This document shows, piece by piece, positions 36,790 to 52,157 of a stretch of 64,000 nt of DNA. Source of the DNA: Octopus vulgaris. Its lineage: Eukaryota. The stretch is taken from the NCBI GenBank assembly GCA_951406725.2, contig OX597820.1, positions 17,732,001-17,796,000 on the forward strand, written 5' to 3'. The stretch's first letter is position 1. Each line of letters opens with the position of its first letter. The notes beneath the pieces are model-generated. The model saw only the letters and a list, made by a program, of their open reading frames with translations. It made no database searches and had not been told where the DNA came from. A program made the translations under genes and the position numbers.

Positions 36790-37810
36790 TCCTGTCTGTA
36801 TATAACAAAGTTGATACTTTGGTAGATGGAATTAGCGGTAACTATAGATTAGCCCCACTAGGCACCCCAACAATAGACTCCCCGTCCTTGATACTGAACT
36901 TTGGTTACAGACTGTGAACAACAGAGTGCAGCTCCTCCATGCCTATTACCTGAAACCCATAGCTTCGAAATATGTTGTTCACAAGAACTCGACTTTGTCA
37001 TACAACTTGAAAATTAACATACAGATAGAAGACTTAGTTAGGATAATGAACAATGTGTCCCCACTAAGTAAACCCTATGAAATGAAGAAACATGTACAGA
37101 ACTTTATGCACCGCATACAATTCTCTGGATATGATCGGAAAGATAGGGTTCGAGTATACAGGGGTGCTAGAAAGAAGTTAGATAACATTATATGTAATGA
37201 AACCAGTGGTACCTGCCCTAGATATAGAAGCAAAGACTGGAATAGGATACAAAGAGCTTGTGACGAAGCATACAGGGTGAACACGTTGTATAAAACCGAC
37301 GAATATCAAGGAGGGATGTTTGTAGAGGCCACAGCCGATGGAGAACTAGCCAGTAGAAGGAGACCAAACTCAACATTAAAATTGTTGAAAAACCAGGAAA
37401 CTCTATCAGATCACAACTATGTAGGACGTATCCCTTTGAGAATACCATATGCGCCAATGATAACTGCATGGTATGTAGGATTAGCTCTGGCATTAACTGT
37501 GGAACTAGAAGTGTAGTCTATAGCATAAGATGCATAGAAAGTGCTTGTACAGACATGAACATGACATACATAGGGGAGACATCTAGGAGCATTGCGGAAA
37601 GACTAAATGAACATTTGAGACAATATGATGACAAAAAAAAAAACAGTCCTCCATACTCTACCAACATGCCAAGGACCAACATGGAGACAACCTGAGTCAA
37701 CTTGACATCCGTATTTTATCCAAGCACCCATAGGACCCAACACTCAGACAAATATAGGAGTAAGTCCTCATAAATGAAACATCCCCAGTACTAAATAGGA
37801 AATATACGTA
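36790..37810 (+). mobile_element. Penelope-like element ORF remnant (RT C-terminus plus GIY-YIG endonuclease), frameshifted
   Basis: NNRLPVLDTELW (LPFLD-like), YYLKPIASKYVVHKNS (thumb), and CGTRSVVYSIRC...YIGETSRSIAERLNEH (GIY-YIG). Confidence 0.88.
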
Positions 37811-37859
37811 GTAGATAATCACACCGCCATACCCACAGTTTATATTTATATACAGGTAG

Positions 37860-39517
<1,658 letters not shown>

Positions 39518-39561
39518 ACATATATATATATACATATATATATATACATATATATATATAC

Positions 39562-39714
<153 letters not shown>

Positions 39715-39868
39715 ATTGTAAATCAAATTGTTGCTCTGAATGTTTATGATTATCTGATGATTAATTGCATGAAACGTAGAATAAAAGTTTATGAAGTGTT
39801 TTAAATTACAATACATACAATATAAATTATGCCTATATTTTTTTGAATTTTGAAAACTTATTGGACAG

Positions 39869-39902
<34 letters not shown>

Positions 39903-40087
39903 CCGTGTATTTCTCTGTACTTGTGTGTGTGTATGTTTATTACGCTTTATACATTCTACACGCACACACATCTATTACCTGTCCAGGCAGCCATATATAC
40001 ATAAACAGATCAGACATGCATACATGCATTCATACAAAAATATGCACACAACCATATATATATATACAAACAGACATGAATACGTAC

Positions 40088-40132
<45 letters not shown>

Positions 40133-40643
40133 ATTATGTAAATTAATGGAAGTGTCTTGTGTATAATACTATGTCTGTCTGTAAGCTAGTGTTTTCTTAA
40201 ATTCACAATAATAAGGAAACATAAGCTAGATTTAATAAAAATCTGTCAAATATAATCAAGCAGTAATTGGCCAGACATTAAGTTTTTTGTGCTCGTCGCC
40301 ATAACAAAACTGTTGTCTTTATTTTGTTAAATTTATTTATATTACATCATTCATTTCCACTGACTATTTCTCAACATTTTCGATAATTTTTATTACATTG
40401 TTGATTATTTGTCAATAATATCTACACAAATGAAGTGGCAGCTGTTCCAGCCGACAATGCATCGAACTACATGGGCGTGTGTACATATACATGTGTATTA
40501 TATATACTAACAAAATAATATATAAAACATATGGATACATATATGTACATACCGGCATCTATATGTATATATACATGCATATATGGCTACAGAGTTCTTT
40601 CGTCACACTCCTGTGACCGCATCAGTGGTCCGTTGTTTTTTCT

Positions 40644-40726
40644 TACTTATTTGTGTCTCTCCTTACTAACCGTCAGCCATTTTGTCAAAATGGCTGACGG
40701 TTAGTAAGGAGAGACACAAATAAGTA
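40644..40726. repeat. perfect 41-bp-arm palindrome (1-nt spacer)
   Basis: 40644-40684 is the exact reverse complement of 40686-40726. Confidence 0.95.
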
Positions 40727-40982
40727 TGTATGTATGTATGTATGTATATAATTATATCTAAGGGAAATGGAAATTGATAGAAATTTTCACTTCCAGTGGC
40801 CTAACGTGTAAAAATTTAAGTCCAAAGACTATGTATTAGTCATAAAATACAGTGTACATTTAAACACATAAGGAATCCACTCATGGGATTCATCACGCTA
40901 GAAAGAACAGTTAGGTTCCAAAACCACAAAATTAGGGATAAAATCCCGAAAGGAACGAAATGAAATATATATATATGTAGGC

Positions 40983-41362
40983 ATAGGCGTCGCTGTGTGG
41001 TAAGAAGCTTGCTTCCCAGCTACATGATTCTGGGCTCAGACCCACTGCGTGGGCAAGAGTCTTCTACTATAACCTTGGGCAGACCAAAGCCTTGTGAGTG
41101 GATTCGGTAGGCGGAAACTGAAAGAAGCACGTCGCATATATATTTGTATTTATGTGTGTATGTGTCAGTGTTTGTGTCTCCGACATCGCTTGACAACCGA
41201 CGCTGGTGTGTGCATGTCCCCGTGAATTAGCGGTTCGGCTAAAGTGTGTGCTGGAATAAGTACTAGGCTTACAAAGAATAAGTCCTGGGGTCGAGTTATT
41301 CGACTGAAACCCTTTAAGGCGATGCTCCAGCATGGCCGCAGTCAAAATGACTGAAACAAGTA
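40983..41362 (+). mobile_element. SINE family A
   Basis: Paralog of 55683. Confidence 0.8.
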
Positions 41363-42105
41363 ATCTATGTTATATGGTGAGCTGGATGAATCGTTAGCAC
41401 GCTGGGCGAAATGTTTAGCTGTATTTCGTCTGTCTTTATGTTCTGAGTTCAAATTCCGCCGAGGTCGACTTTGCCTTTCATCTTTTCAGGGTCGATAAAT
41501 TAAATACCAGTTATGCACTGAGGTCGATGTAATTGACTTAATCCCTTTGTCTGTCCTTGTTTGTCCCCTCTATTTTCATAGCCCCTGGTGGACAATAAAG
41601 AAATAAGAATCTATGTTATATGGTATTTGACATGAATAAAGGAGAGTGGGCTAGTGGTCAGGGTGTTGCACTTACGATCGTTAGTTCGTGGTTTCGATTC
41701 CTGCGCTGGGCAGTGCGTTGTGTTCTTCATCTCAACACTTCACATTGCTTCAAACTGTAAATGGACACTCGCAATATCTGGAAAGTTAACCTTAGGACGT
41801 TCAGGGGCGGCGGGGGGAGCATTTGTAATTTCAGTCATACGTCATGAAAAATGGATTATACATCCTAGATTTCATGAAGAACCGAATTATTTCCTATGCC
41901 TGCATCTATCTATGTTACATTATATAGACTGATACGTGTACGTGAGGGCATTTAATTATCCGTGTGCTTAAATCCATATTTATATCTCACACCGGGATCT
42001 GTAATGTTTCGAGAGTCCTCAGTCGATGTGGAGAAAGCTGATAACATCGTATGATTCGGGTGCAGAAGCAAGGCATGGGTTTAATTACATATTTACCAAT
42101 AGAAT

Positions 42106-42299
42106 GTGGGGGCGCAATGGCCCAGTGGTTAGGGCAGCGGACTCGCGGTCGGAGGATCGCGGTTTCGATTGCCCGACCGGGCGTTGTGTATGTTTATAGA
42201 GCGAAAACACCTAAAAGCTTCACGAGGCTCTGGCAGAGGGTGGTGGCGACCCCTGTTGTACTCTTTCACCCCAACTTTCTCTCACTCTCTCTCTCTCTT

Positions 42300-42332
<33 letters not shown>

Positions 42333-42434
42333 TCCTGGATGGCGTCCCATCCAGCTGGGGGGAACACATACGCCACAGAAACCGGGAAACCGGGCCCATG
42401 AGCTTGCAAAGGGCGCATAAAAAAATAAAAAATA
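42106..42434 (+). mobile_element. SINE family C with Meta-domain-like tail and 13-bp TSD
   Basis: TSD TTACCAATAGAAT at 42093-42105 and 42435-42447; A-rich tail. Confidence 0.85.
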
Positions 42435-44707
42435 TTACCAATAGAATACACACACATGAGATCGTTTACTTCGCAATAATTTATGTTAACAGCTTAACGT
42501 TTACGAATGCAGTGTATGCAAAATAGATGCAGAGATGTGAGGTAAAGTCAGGACTGGAAAGGAGAAAAAAATTAACATTCGGTTTTGTGGAATTCTGGAT
42601 TTATAATTCGTAAAGAGTTTTTTGTTACAAAATTTCTGTATCTTTTATATAAGAAATCAATATTTATTATTTTTTCTTAAACGAATTTTATTCAACACAA
42701 TCGGAAGTGAATGAATTTTAACTTAAATTATGTAAATTATATACCATTTATTTGACGTCTTAACCCATTTGCCCTTTTCTTTTTCTTTTTCTCTCTCTTT
42801 CTCTCTTATTCTTATATAATAATTTCTTGATACTTGAAATTCGCTTTGGTTTTCTTTTCACATTTTTGCCAGAAGATACTTTACTTTCCTTATCATGTAT
42901 TTTCTGCTAAGCACAAAGAAAATAACTCAGCAATATTAATTAAACAGCGGCCTCTCTCCCTCACAAAATTACAATTTATTATCTGAAAACGAAGCGATTT
43001 AAATGCCTGTCATATAATATTATGCATATCTTTGTAAAGTCATCACCCATACACGTATCCTTTCACTCCCTCTATCTCTCTCTTGCTGTCTTTATCAGTT
43101 TCTTTCACATATATATGCTCATATATAAACACATATACAGACTCACTATAAATTTGCAAATGTGTCTATGCACGCATCCAGTCTTTTCAATATCATATCA
43201 AGTACGGAGAATTGCTATGGCAATTTTATCTGCAATCTATTTTAACATGGAGACGGTAATGCGTAAAACAACTACAAAACACTTTGAAAAAGAATAATCT
43301 CCAACCGAAGTACCAGATATAGATAGATATGTGTGCGTATACATGTATGTACTAACGTATGCATAGATATATACATACATATACACGTGCATGGATGTGA
43401 GTGTGTGGGTGCAGTTTAGTGAAACTGAAGTTTATTTCGCAAGTTCATTGCCTGAAGATCGCAATAGCATGAAACTCGACTCCCGAAATAAACGTTTGAT
43501 TTCATTAAACTATTTATTCAATAACATGTATTGAGCATTTCTTTCTCATTTGTTCGGCACAATTCACGTTCATTGTGCTGTGGCATTCATTCTTTACTGT
43601 GGCTCATTCCTAGCAGAGATGAAAAATAATTCACTTAGGATGGATGACAATCGCTATCTCCTTGTGGAAAACATATGACAAGCGTTTACCTCTTACTTTA
43701 AGAGATTCATCACATTTTTTAAAGCTTACCATATAAGGAAAGGCAATGTCTAAGACCAATGTCTAAGACCTGCAAAGGAAAGAATATTTCTATTTGAACA
43801 TTCACTTTCTTTGTTCGAAATTTTACTGATTTGTGTGATGGTCGTAGTGGTGGTGATGGTGATATTGTCCTTGCGCAGTTGGCTGCTGCTAGTTATATTT
43901 CGTGCTTCTTTGGTCGAATTCTCATTACCTCTTCCACTGGTTTTTGTTGTTGCTGTCGTTATCATTGATGTTGCTACTCCTCCTGCAACTACCACTATCA
44001 TTTACATCTAGAGTGAGTGGGGTCGAGTGACGGTGAAAGACAATTTCGCGTTCTACATCTCCTCCCGCTTCCCTCTCTGGTTCACTCGCTGAGAACGACG
44101 ACGACGTCATATTAAGTTTTGAAAACTTTGAAAGAAAAATTAATTTTCCTTCCGATTGATTTTTGCCCCGCAGGACAAAAAACAATAACACTGTTAATCT
44201 GACCAATATGTTCTAGATTAACTTAGTCACAAGTCATAGCATGTAACAATAACAATCTTTTTAGAGGTAAACAAGGCACACACTTATGGAGCTCCGAAAT
44301 ATACGTCCAGTTCTGACGACAATAATAATAATAATAATAATCCTTTCTACTATAAGCACAGGGCCTCAAATATATTGGAAGGGATCTAGTCGATCACATC
44401 GACCAGTGTTTCACTGCTACTTAATTTATCGACCCTGAAAGGATGAAAGCAAAGTCGACCACGGCGGAATTTGAACTCAGGACGTAGCGACGGGCGAAAT
44501 GCCGCTACGCATTTCGTCCAGCGCGCAAACAATTCTGCCAGCTCGCCGCCTTAAACAACAACAACAACAATGATAATAATATCTGATAATTTTACATTAC
44601 TCTCTAACAAAAAATAAAGATGTGGAAACAGGTTGACGCGCAAAACTTCCTCTTTTTTTTTTCATTTTTCAATTTCTTCAACTTAAGCAGTTTCTTCAAC
44701 ATAATCA

Positions 44708-45470
44708 AGCTGGCAGAAACGTTACCACGCCGGGCGAAATGCCTAGCGTTATTTCGTTTGCCGCTATGTTCCGAGTTCAAATTCTGCCGAGGTTGACTTT
44801 GCCTTTCATCCTTTCGAGGTCGATTAAATAAGTACCAGTTACGCACTGGGGTCGAAGTAATCGACTTAATCCGTTTGTCTGTCCTTGTTTGTCCTCTCTG
44901 TGTTTAGCCCCTTGTGGGTAGTAAAGAAATAGGTATTTCGTCTGCCGCTACGTTCTGAGTTCAAATTCCGTCGAGGTTGACTTTGCCTTTCATCCTTTCG
45001 GGGTCGATTAAATTAAGTACCAGTTACGCACTGGGGTCGATATAATCGACTTAATCCGTTTGTCTTTCCTTGTTTGTCCACTCTGTGTTTAGCCCCTTGT
45101 GGGGTAGTAAAGAAATAGGTACTTCGTCTGCTGCTACGTTCTAAGTTCAAATTCCGCCGAGGTCGACTTTGTCTTTCATCCTTTCGGAGTTGATAAATTA
45201 AGTACCAGTCACGCACTGGGTCGATATAATCGACTTAATCCGTTTGTCTGTCCTTGTTTGTCCTCTCTGTGTTTAGCCCCTTGTGGGTAGTAAAGAAATA
45301 GGTATTTCACCTGTCTTTACGTTCTGAGTTCAAATACTGTCGACTTTGCCCTTTATCCTTTCGAGGTCGATAAAATAAGTACCAGTTACACACTGCGCTC
45401 GATATAATCGACTCAAACTTTCTGGGTCTACCAAAACTACAGGCCTTGTGTCAAAATTTGAAGGCATTAT
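44708..45470 (+). mobile_element. Nin-domain-like SINE tetramer (183-186-bp period)
   Basis: Head plus four units; junctions at ~44932, 45118 and 45301. Confidence 0.85.
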
Positions 45471-46026
45471 TTTATACATTTGTGGAAGAGTCGTGGGTAA
45501 AAGATTAAAATGGTTGTTTTATATGGCAGAAAACTAAGGTTCGGCGAAATCTATTCGTTTGTTCTGTTTGAAAAATTTTTTTTCGGTTTCATCAAGAAGA
45601 TGGATACAAATCATTCCAAAAGACTTCCACATGAACCACGAAAATGACGTGAAAGAGAAGCAAGAAGTGGATGAAAACATAAAGAGAAGTCATTTGTGGA
45701 TCATCAGGGAGATCCTCGTATCACAACCCTTCAAACTGCTCGTACGATTTATCGTCTTTGTGTAATATCTCCGTTGACGTCCAGGAATGCGAGACAAATG
45801 CTGTTAGGTTTGCTAATACAAGACAAGCACCACTAGAATTGCTAGTGGTGAACTAAGAAACAACAAAAGCTTGGCAATAACAGCATGATGCAGTACTAAT
45901 ACAATAAGACGTCGAATGTAGAAAGTCTTCGCTTTAGTTGTATGACGTCTACTTAAAACAATACACACAAAGGCTATGACGAAAAATGCATCCAAGTTCA
46001 TCTCATCTGTAGTCTTTTAGAGATTA

Positions 46027-46426
46027 CTAGCAGTATCGCCCGGCGTTGCTCGGGTTTGTAAGGGAAATAACTATATAAGAATTTTTAGAGAGTTATAGCC
46101 AAAAAAAATAGCAAAAAAATGCATTAAAAATGGAAAAAAAATGATGGTAAATTTTTTTTTTAATCGTTGACTCATCGTAGACATTTTTAGAGAGTTACTT
46201 CCCTTATATAGTAGCGAAAAAATGCATTAAAATGGAAAAAAAATGATGGTAATTTTTTTTTAAATCGTAGACTCATCGTAGACGCGCGCTAATACCCAGA
46301 AGGGCTCGATATGAATCACGACTATAAGATACCCGGTTTTGGTTAAACTGCACCGCAAAATGTGGGAGTAGTTAGGAATCTAAATCGTAGGAGACAGACA
46401 CACAACCTCTCTTTTATATATAAAGA
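46027..46426 (-). mobile_element. non-autonomous Helitron
   Basis: A|TC start, subterminal hairpin CCCGAGCAACGCCGGG, CTAG|T end, no TSD; internal ~100-bp direct repeat. Confidence 0.85.
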
Positions 46427-47227
46427 TACAGAAGTAGACCGACATAAGAAAGACTAGCTTAAAGTCATGTTTAGGGACGAAACATCCATTAAGTATTTGC
46501 ATCTAACGAATCTTAAGGGCCCTGATCTAGTTTTCTTAGAGTCACACAATGCTGATCCATTGCGATATATAGGGAAGACATTTCTACAAAAGGAAAAGAT
46601 GGAATCTCGGTTTCTTTATTAGCCACAAGGACCCAAATATAGGGGGGGGGACAAACAAGGACAGACAGGATACCACAGAGGGGACAATACATAGAACGAA
46701 TAGGATTATGAATGGCTGCATGCGCCCCGCATCATATGCATTACCATTAATATTTTTAAACTGTCCGTTTTTATCATGTATATACATAATTAATTATCGT
46801 CTACCATTACAATTATTTGAACCGTTATATGTTCTCTAAAATTGTTCTATTTTCCGATATTATTAAACATAACATAAAACACTTACTCTTTCTTTGTCCT
46901 TTTTTTTCTCCTTTTTCTTTTCTCTTTTCTTTTTTCCTGTCGATTTGATATACTTATTTACTTTTTAGTAATGTTTCATTAGTGGTTCAATTTCTACTAA
47001 ATCCACTACTGGTGGCAATTCTTTGAATTCCACCCTTACTCCTGGTGGGTCAAAACCTGGAATCTCATGATGCCATCATAAACGACAAAAACTACCAGAA
47101 TATTTTGAAAAACGTTACCTAATCGTATGATCATGGGTAACCGTGCAATATTTCAATAAATCATTTCAAGATACTACTATAAACTATAAAACCTACCTGG
47201 ATATTTTGCAAAAGTTAAAGTAAAAAC

Positions 47228-47545
47228 CTTCTTCGGTCATGACAATGGGATTGCACTTGGAGTGTTCCCTTCCGAGGCATAAGTTTGGGCAAGGTTGTTT
47301 ATGGAAGACCATCAGTCACCCATACATACCAGCCTCCCTTCTCCATACCACCGATATTATCTAAGAGAAAAGCAAAGGCCAATACAGCTTGGCACCAGTG
47401 ACATTGTGATTTATTTCTATAGCTAAGAGAAGTGGAGCAATGTGAAATAAAGTGCTTTGCTCAAGAACACAAAACACAGTCCGGTCCGGGAATCGAACTC
47501 ACTAGCTGATGATTGTGAACCTAATGCTCTAACCACTGATCCACG
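47228..47545 (-). mobile_element. older tRNA-derived SINE (family D)
   Basis: Minus-strand head GTGGATCAGTGGTTAGAGC...GAGTTCGATTCCCGG. Confidence 0.6.
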
Positions 47546-47676
47546 ATACTTCGCATAAATGAAGTTATCTACTCATCTAATCGTCTATAAATGCATAGTA
47601 TTCAAGTACCTTGTGTTTCTGCAAAATGCGTGAAAAAAAATTGACTTAGAGCTAACAATATTACTGAAGTGGGTAA

Positions 47677-47721
47677 TGGCCAGGATCTTCCCCTGACCTG
47701 ACACCTGTAGAAAATGTATGC
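47677..47721 (+). mobile_element. Tc1 transposase relic
   Basis: Translates to WPGSSPDLTPVENVC, matching the Tc1 WPxxSPDLNPIENxW motif. Confidence 0.6.
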
Positions 47722-47825
47722 AATCGTGGTTTGAATATAAACTCCCCGTTTATCTGCTTACCTTTCTCTAAAGAACTACTACGAACAACTACTCAGATCT
47801 TCTTCGCTTTTGCTTGTGATCATAA

Positions 47826-47950
47826 ACTATGAACTTTAATGATATCTGCCTGTCTATAAAGATCTACTATGAACTTTAATGATATCTGCCTGCCTATAAA
47901 GATCTACTATGATCTCTTGCTATAACGATCTACTATAAAAATCTACTATA
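47826..47950. repeat. 40-bp tandem repeat with decaying GATCTACTAT subunits
   Basis: actatgaactttaatgatatctgcctg(t/c)ctataaagatct occurs twice. Confidence 0.85.
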
Positions 47951-48549
47951 AAGATTTACGGTTGGCTCTCGCTTTCCTGATTTTCCTGCTTAATTAATTT
48001 TATAGTCACTTCGGTATAACTATTATACACTTATTTTGATGCCATTAACAACCCCGCTGTCCCTCACTTATTTTAGTGTACTTTTATTAACCCGACTGGT
48101 ACATTAACCACAGCTAACCTGTGTTTGCTATCGTCACACACATACACACACACACACGTGGTCTGATCAATAAGTGTCCGGACTGGTGCCATAGTAACGA
48201 AACTAAAGCAGGTAGAATCAAGCTGCTTGGCACAGATTGACCTTCAACTCTGCTGTGCAGGTGCTATAAATTTTAACTTTCCTGCGAGTATTTGTTCAGT
48301 GTTTCCAATTGACGATGCCTCTTCGCATTAGCTGTTTTATTTTGGTTTAACAGTTCATGATAGGCTGTTGGGGCAACCTTATGACATGTTTGTTCTGAGA
48401 TATCTTTTTTTTTTTTTACCAGTTTAAGGTTTCTGAATGGAAAATCTGACCGAGGATGGGGTTACAGCTATTATTAGAAGAATCCAGAATGATTTGAGGC
48501 GATGCTTCCTACTTTGTAGATGAGTGTGTGTGTGTGTGTGTGTGAATAC

Positions 48550-48730
48550 ACGAGGGGGTACTGGAAGTTCCTGGCTTTAAGAGTATCACAAAAGGCTTGA
48601 TTAGAGGACCAAACTTCCTTGTTTTTTTACAGGCCTTAGAAAAATGAAGGACCGCTGCATTAAGTGTGTGAATCTGAGAGAGGAATATGTTGAATAAAAT
48701 CATAATTAACTGATCCTCTTGTATCCTCCT
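48550..48730 (+). mobile_element. mariner-type relic (transposase C-terminus)
   Basis: DRCIKCVNLREEYVE* resembles the mariner KC...GxYVE C-terminus; the complementary terminal sequence occurs at ~50487-50570. Confidence 0.55.
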
Positions 48731-50599
48731 GTTTGTTGAATAAATCAATGGGTTCCACAAAGTTGCCACGGATTATTATCGTTTTCATTTGAAAGTTCTT
48801 TATAATCATTTCAAATTAATTCATTTGAAATTTCTAAATAATTTGAAACATCATTGTAAAATTCGGAAAATGGCATGCATTTTGTAGCCAAAACATTTCC
48901 TGATATAAGACAGGTATAGCCAGAGGAATAAAAAAAGTATGAAAAATAATTTTCTTTGCAGTTTCAAATCTTGTTAGATTATCATTGACAGAACCTAAAA
49001 TGACATCAAAAACAGATGTCCGAGATAAAACTTCTGCTTATGTGTCAGGTGCCTTAGTCTGGCTTCCATCTCTTGCTTGATTCTCATTAAAAAAAAAACT
49101 TTTCTTTCGCTCTCTCTCATTTGCTTGTAATTTAATTCCTATTTTCAGATTATTAACAACATGTTTTAATTCTACAAGCAGTGTTTTAATTTGCTTTCTC
49201 TCAATTTTCTTGTGAATTAATTTCAATTTTGAAATTGTTAGCAGCACGTTTTTTTTTTTAATACCAATCGCTGTTAAATTGATCTTTTAGTTCCTGCAAA
49301 GTTTTTGATGACCATTTCAATGTAATTCTCTTTAGTATTAACAGTGACGTCAGCTATCCGTAATACAATGTTGTAAATGCTATAGCGAGCAAAAATACTT
49401 AAACAAATTTACGATATGAGCATGCATCTTAAAGAGAACAACATGTATCTAAAAGCGCAGGTTACTTGTCTTCTGATCTTTGGTATAAGATTAAGCTTCA
49501 CAACATCTCACAGTGGTAATTTCAAACGAATCAGATTTAATCCAAATGATTTCACGCCTTTAATTTTAGCTACCATGCGGTAGTTGGGTTACGAGGCAAT
49601 GATTAATAGTCTGTGTGTATCAGATGGGTCTGCCATTTTTTTCTTTTGATAAGGAAATATTATATAGACACGGTTAACAGTTCCGAAAAATGCACCAATA
49701 TTGCTTCAACACACGGCTGAATTCGTGCACATAAATTCAATGTATTACATAAACAAGAAGAGAAAATAGTGAGATTTTTATTAAATGATATTTTTCGCAC
49801 TCTTTTATACTTGACTTCTACTACCTTACCCTTGATCCAGGCTACCTTCTAAAAGAATGTTATATTTAATCTATGTTTCCCTTATCAGCTTCGCGATATC
49901 AGAGCCTGTTTTCTTACACACAGCCTTCAGAAGATAAAAATCTTTGCTGAATTTCGAATTCTTAATCTATGCTTTTAAGGTAACACATGATAAGAGTTAT
50001 CTACTCGAAATGTGAAGAATCAAATGTTGCCTCTACCATGTTTGAATAGTATCCTGTTTTTGTTGTTTTTTTGTTTTTTTTAAGTATGTTTCAAAACGAA
50101 ATCTGAGCAAAGAGAAATAAAGTTATTTCGTGATTCAACCGACAAATAATATACAGGCGATCTTTCCCCTTTCTCCTGGGTTGTTTTGATCTTCTCAATA
50201 CGAGTTTCAAGTTCAACCAACCTAGGTAAATTTAACATTGTGAACACTGAATTCAAATGAAGTGTTTTATCAGATGATAACTCCTTTTCACTCCAAAATG
50301 AAAATATTGTCAATTAGACAGCATAAAATATTAGTCCAGTTCGCCCATTTTGTTACAATATGTTTATAAAAAAAATGTTCCATGTGTCTGTTTGAATGAA
50401 CTTATATTTTAAACATTCTTCATGCTTAACTGCATCCATGGATCTGTTTGAATGAATTTACAGATTAAGCTCCCTCCACGATACCTACGAGGCGGGGGTC
50501 TGACTAATGCCTGGCTTTGGGTAAAAGAAATTACAGGAAGATCAGTTAATTATAATTTTATTCAACATATTAAATATAGGCGCAGGAGTGGCTGTGTGG

Positions 50600-51480
50600 T
50601 AAGTACTACCTTGTGGGTAGTAAAGAAATAGGTATTTCGTCTGTCTTCACGTTCCGAGTTCAAATTCCACCGAGGTCGACTTTGCCTGTCGTCCTTTCGG
50701 GGTCGATAAATTGAGTACCAGTTACGTACTGCAGTCGATCCAATCGACAGGCCCCCTCCCGCCAAATTTCGGGCTTTCTGCCTAAAGAAAAAAAGACAGA
50801 AAAAAAGGAAAAAGAAAGCGAAATGCTTAGCGGTATTTCGTCTGCGTTACGTTGTGAGTTCAAATTCTACCGAGGTCGACTTTGCTTTTCATCCTTTCGG
50901 GGTCGATAAATTAAGAACCAGTTACGCACTGGGGTCGATGTAATCGACTTAATACCTATGTCTGTCCTTGTTTGTCCCCTCTGTGTTTAGCTCCTTGTGG
51001 GTAATAAAGAAATAGGTATTTCGTCTGCGTTACGTTGTGAGTTCAAATTCCGCCGAGGTCGACTTTGCCTTTCATCCTTTCGGGGTCGATAAATTAAGTA
51101 CTAGTTACGCACTGGGGTCGATGTAATCGACTTAATACCTATGTCTGTCCTTGTTTGTCCCCTCTGTGTTTAGCCCCTTGTGGGTAATAAAGAAATAGGT
51201 ATTTCGTCTGCGTTACGTTGTGAGTTCAAATTCTGCCGAGGTCGACTTTGCTTTTCATCCTTTCGGGGTCGATAAATTAAGTACTAGTTACGCACTGGGG
51301 TCGATGTAATCGACTTAATACCTATGTCTGTCCTTGTTTGTCCCCTCTGTGGGTAATAAAGAAATAGAAATAGGTATTTCGTCTGTCTTCATGGTCTGAG
51401 TTCAAATTCCACCGAGGTCGACTTTGCCTTTCATCCCTTCGGGGTTGATAAATTGAGTACCAGTTGCGTACTGCGGTCAA
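50600..51480 (+). mobile_element. Nin-domain-like SINE tandem array (183-bp period)
   Basis: Unit starts at ~50832, 51015, 51198 and 51373. Confidence 0.85.
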
Positions 51481-51714
51481 CATTGTTGCATTAATTCCCA
51501 TGGATTAATGAATCGAAAACAGTAAATATAATATATTCAATGAGTCAACATGGTAAACGATATGTATCTTATTTTGTGACCATCACCACCTCCAATAGCC
51601 AATCTCTTTCAGACAATTCACCGTTGTAATTCCTAATGTTCAAAGATACCAACTTAAAAAGGGAGCTGCTCAATATTACGCAGGAATATTTGAGATAAAG
51701 GAACCGTTTACCTT

Positions 51715-51935
51715 TTATTTGTTTTAGTTATTAGACTGCGGCCATGCTGGGGCACCGATTTGAAGAAGTTTTAGTCGAATGAATCGACTCCAGTATTTAT
51801 TTTCTTTTCATAAATTTGGTACTTATTCTATTTCTCTCTTTTGCCGAACTGCTAAGTTACGGAGACGTAAATACACCAGCATCTGTTATCAAGCGGTGGG
51901 TGGGGAGACAAATAGACGCAAAGACATTCACTTAG

Positions 51936-51968
<33 letters not shown>

Positions 51969-52157
51969 CATACACATACATACATATATATACGACGGGA
52001 TTCTTTTTCGTTTCCCTACCAAATCCACTCAAAGGCTATGGTCGGCCAGCGTCTATAGTAAAAGACACTTGCCCAAGGTGCCACGCAGTGGGACTGAACC
52101 CAGAACCATGTAGCTGGGAAGCAAACTTCTAACTACACAGCCGCAACTGCTCCTACG
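51715..52157 (-). mobile_element. SINE family A
   Basis: Paralog of 55683. Confidence 0.75.

Noticed and set aside
39754-43482. Additional hammerhead-like strings at 39754 (CTGATGA..GAAACGTA) and 43452 (CTGAAGA..GAAACTCGACTC)
   Set aside because: Stems I and II cannot be formed convincingly; at best heavily decayed relics.
49300-50340. Possible hAT transposase relic (VSDGSA and AHKFN-like words)
   Set aside because: Motifs are too short and frames too broken to support without a profile search.
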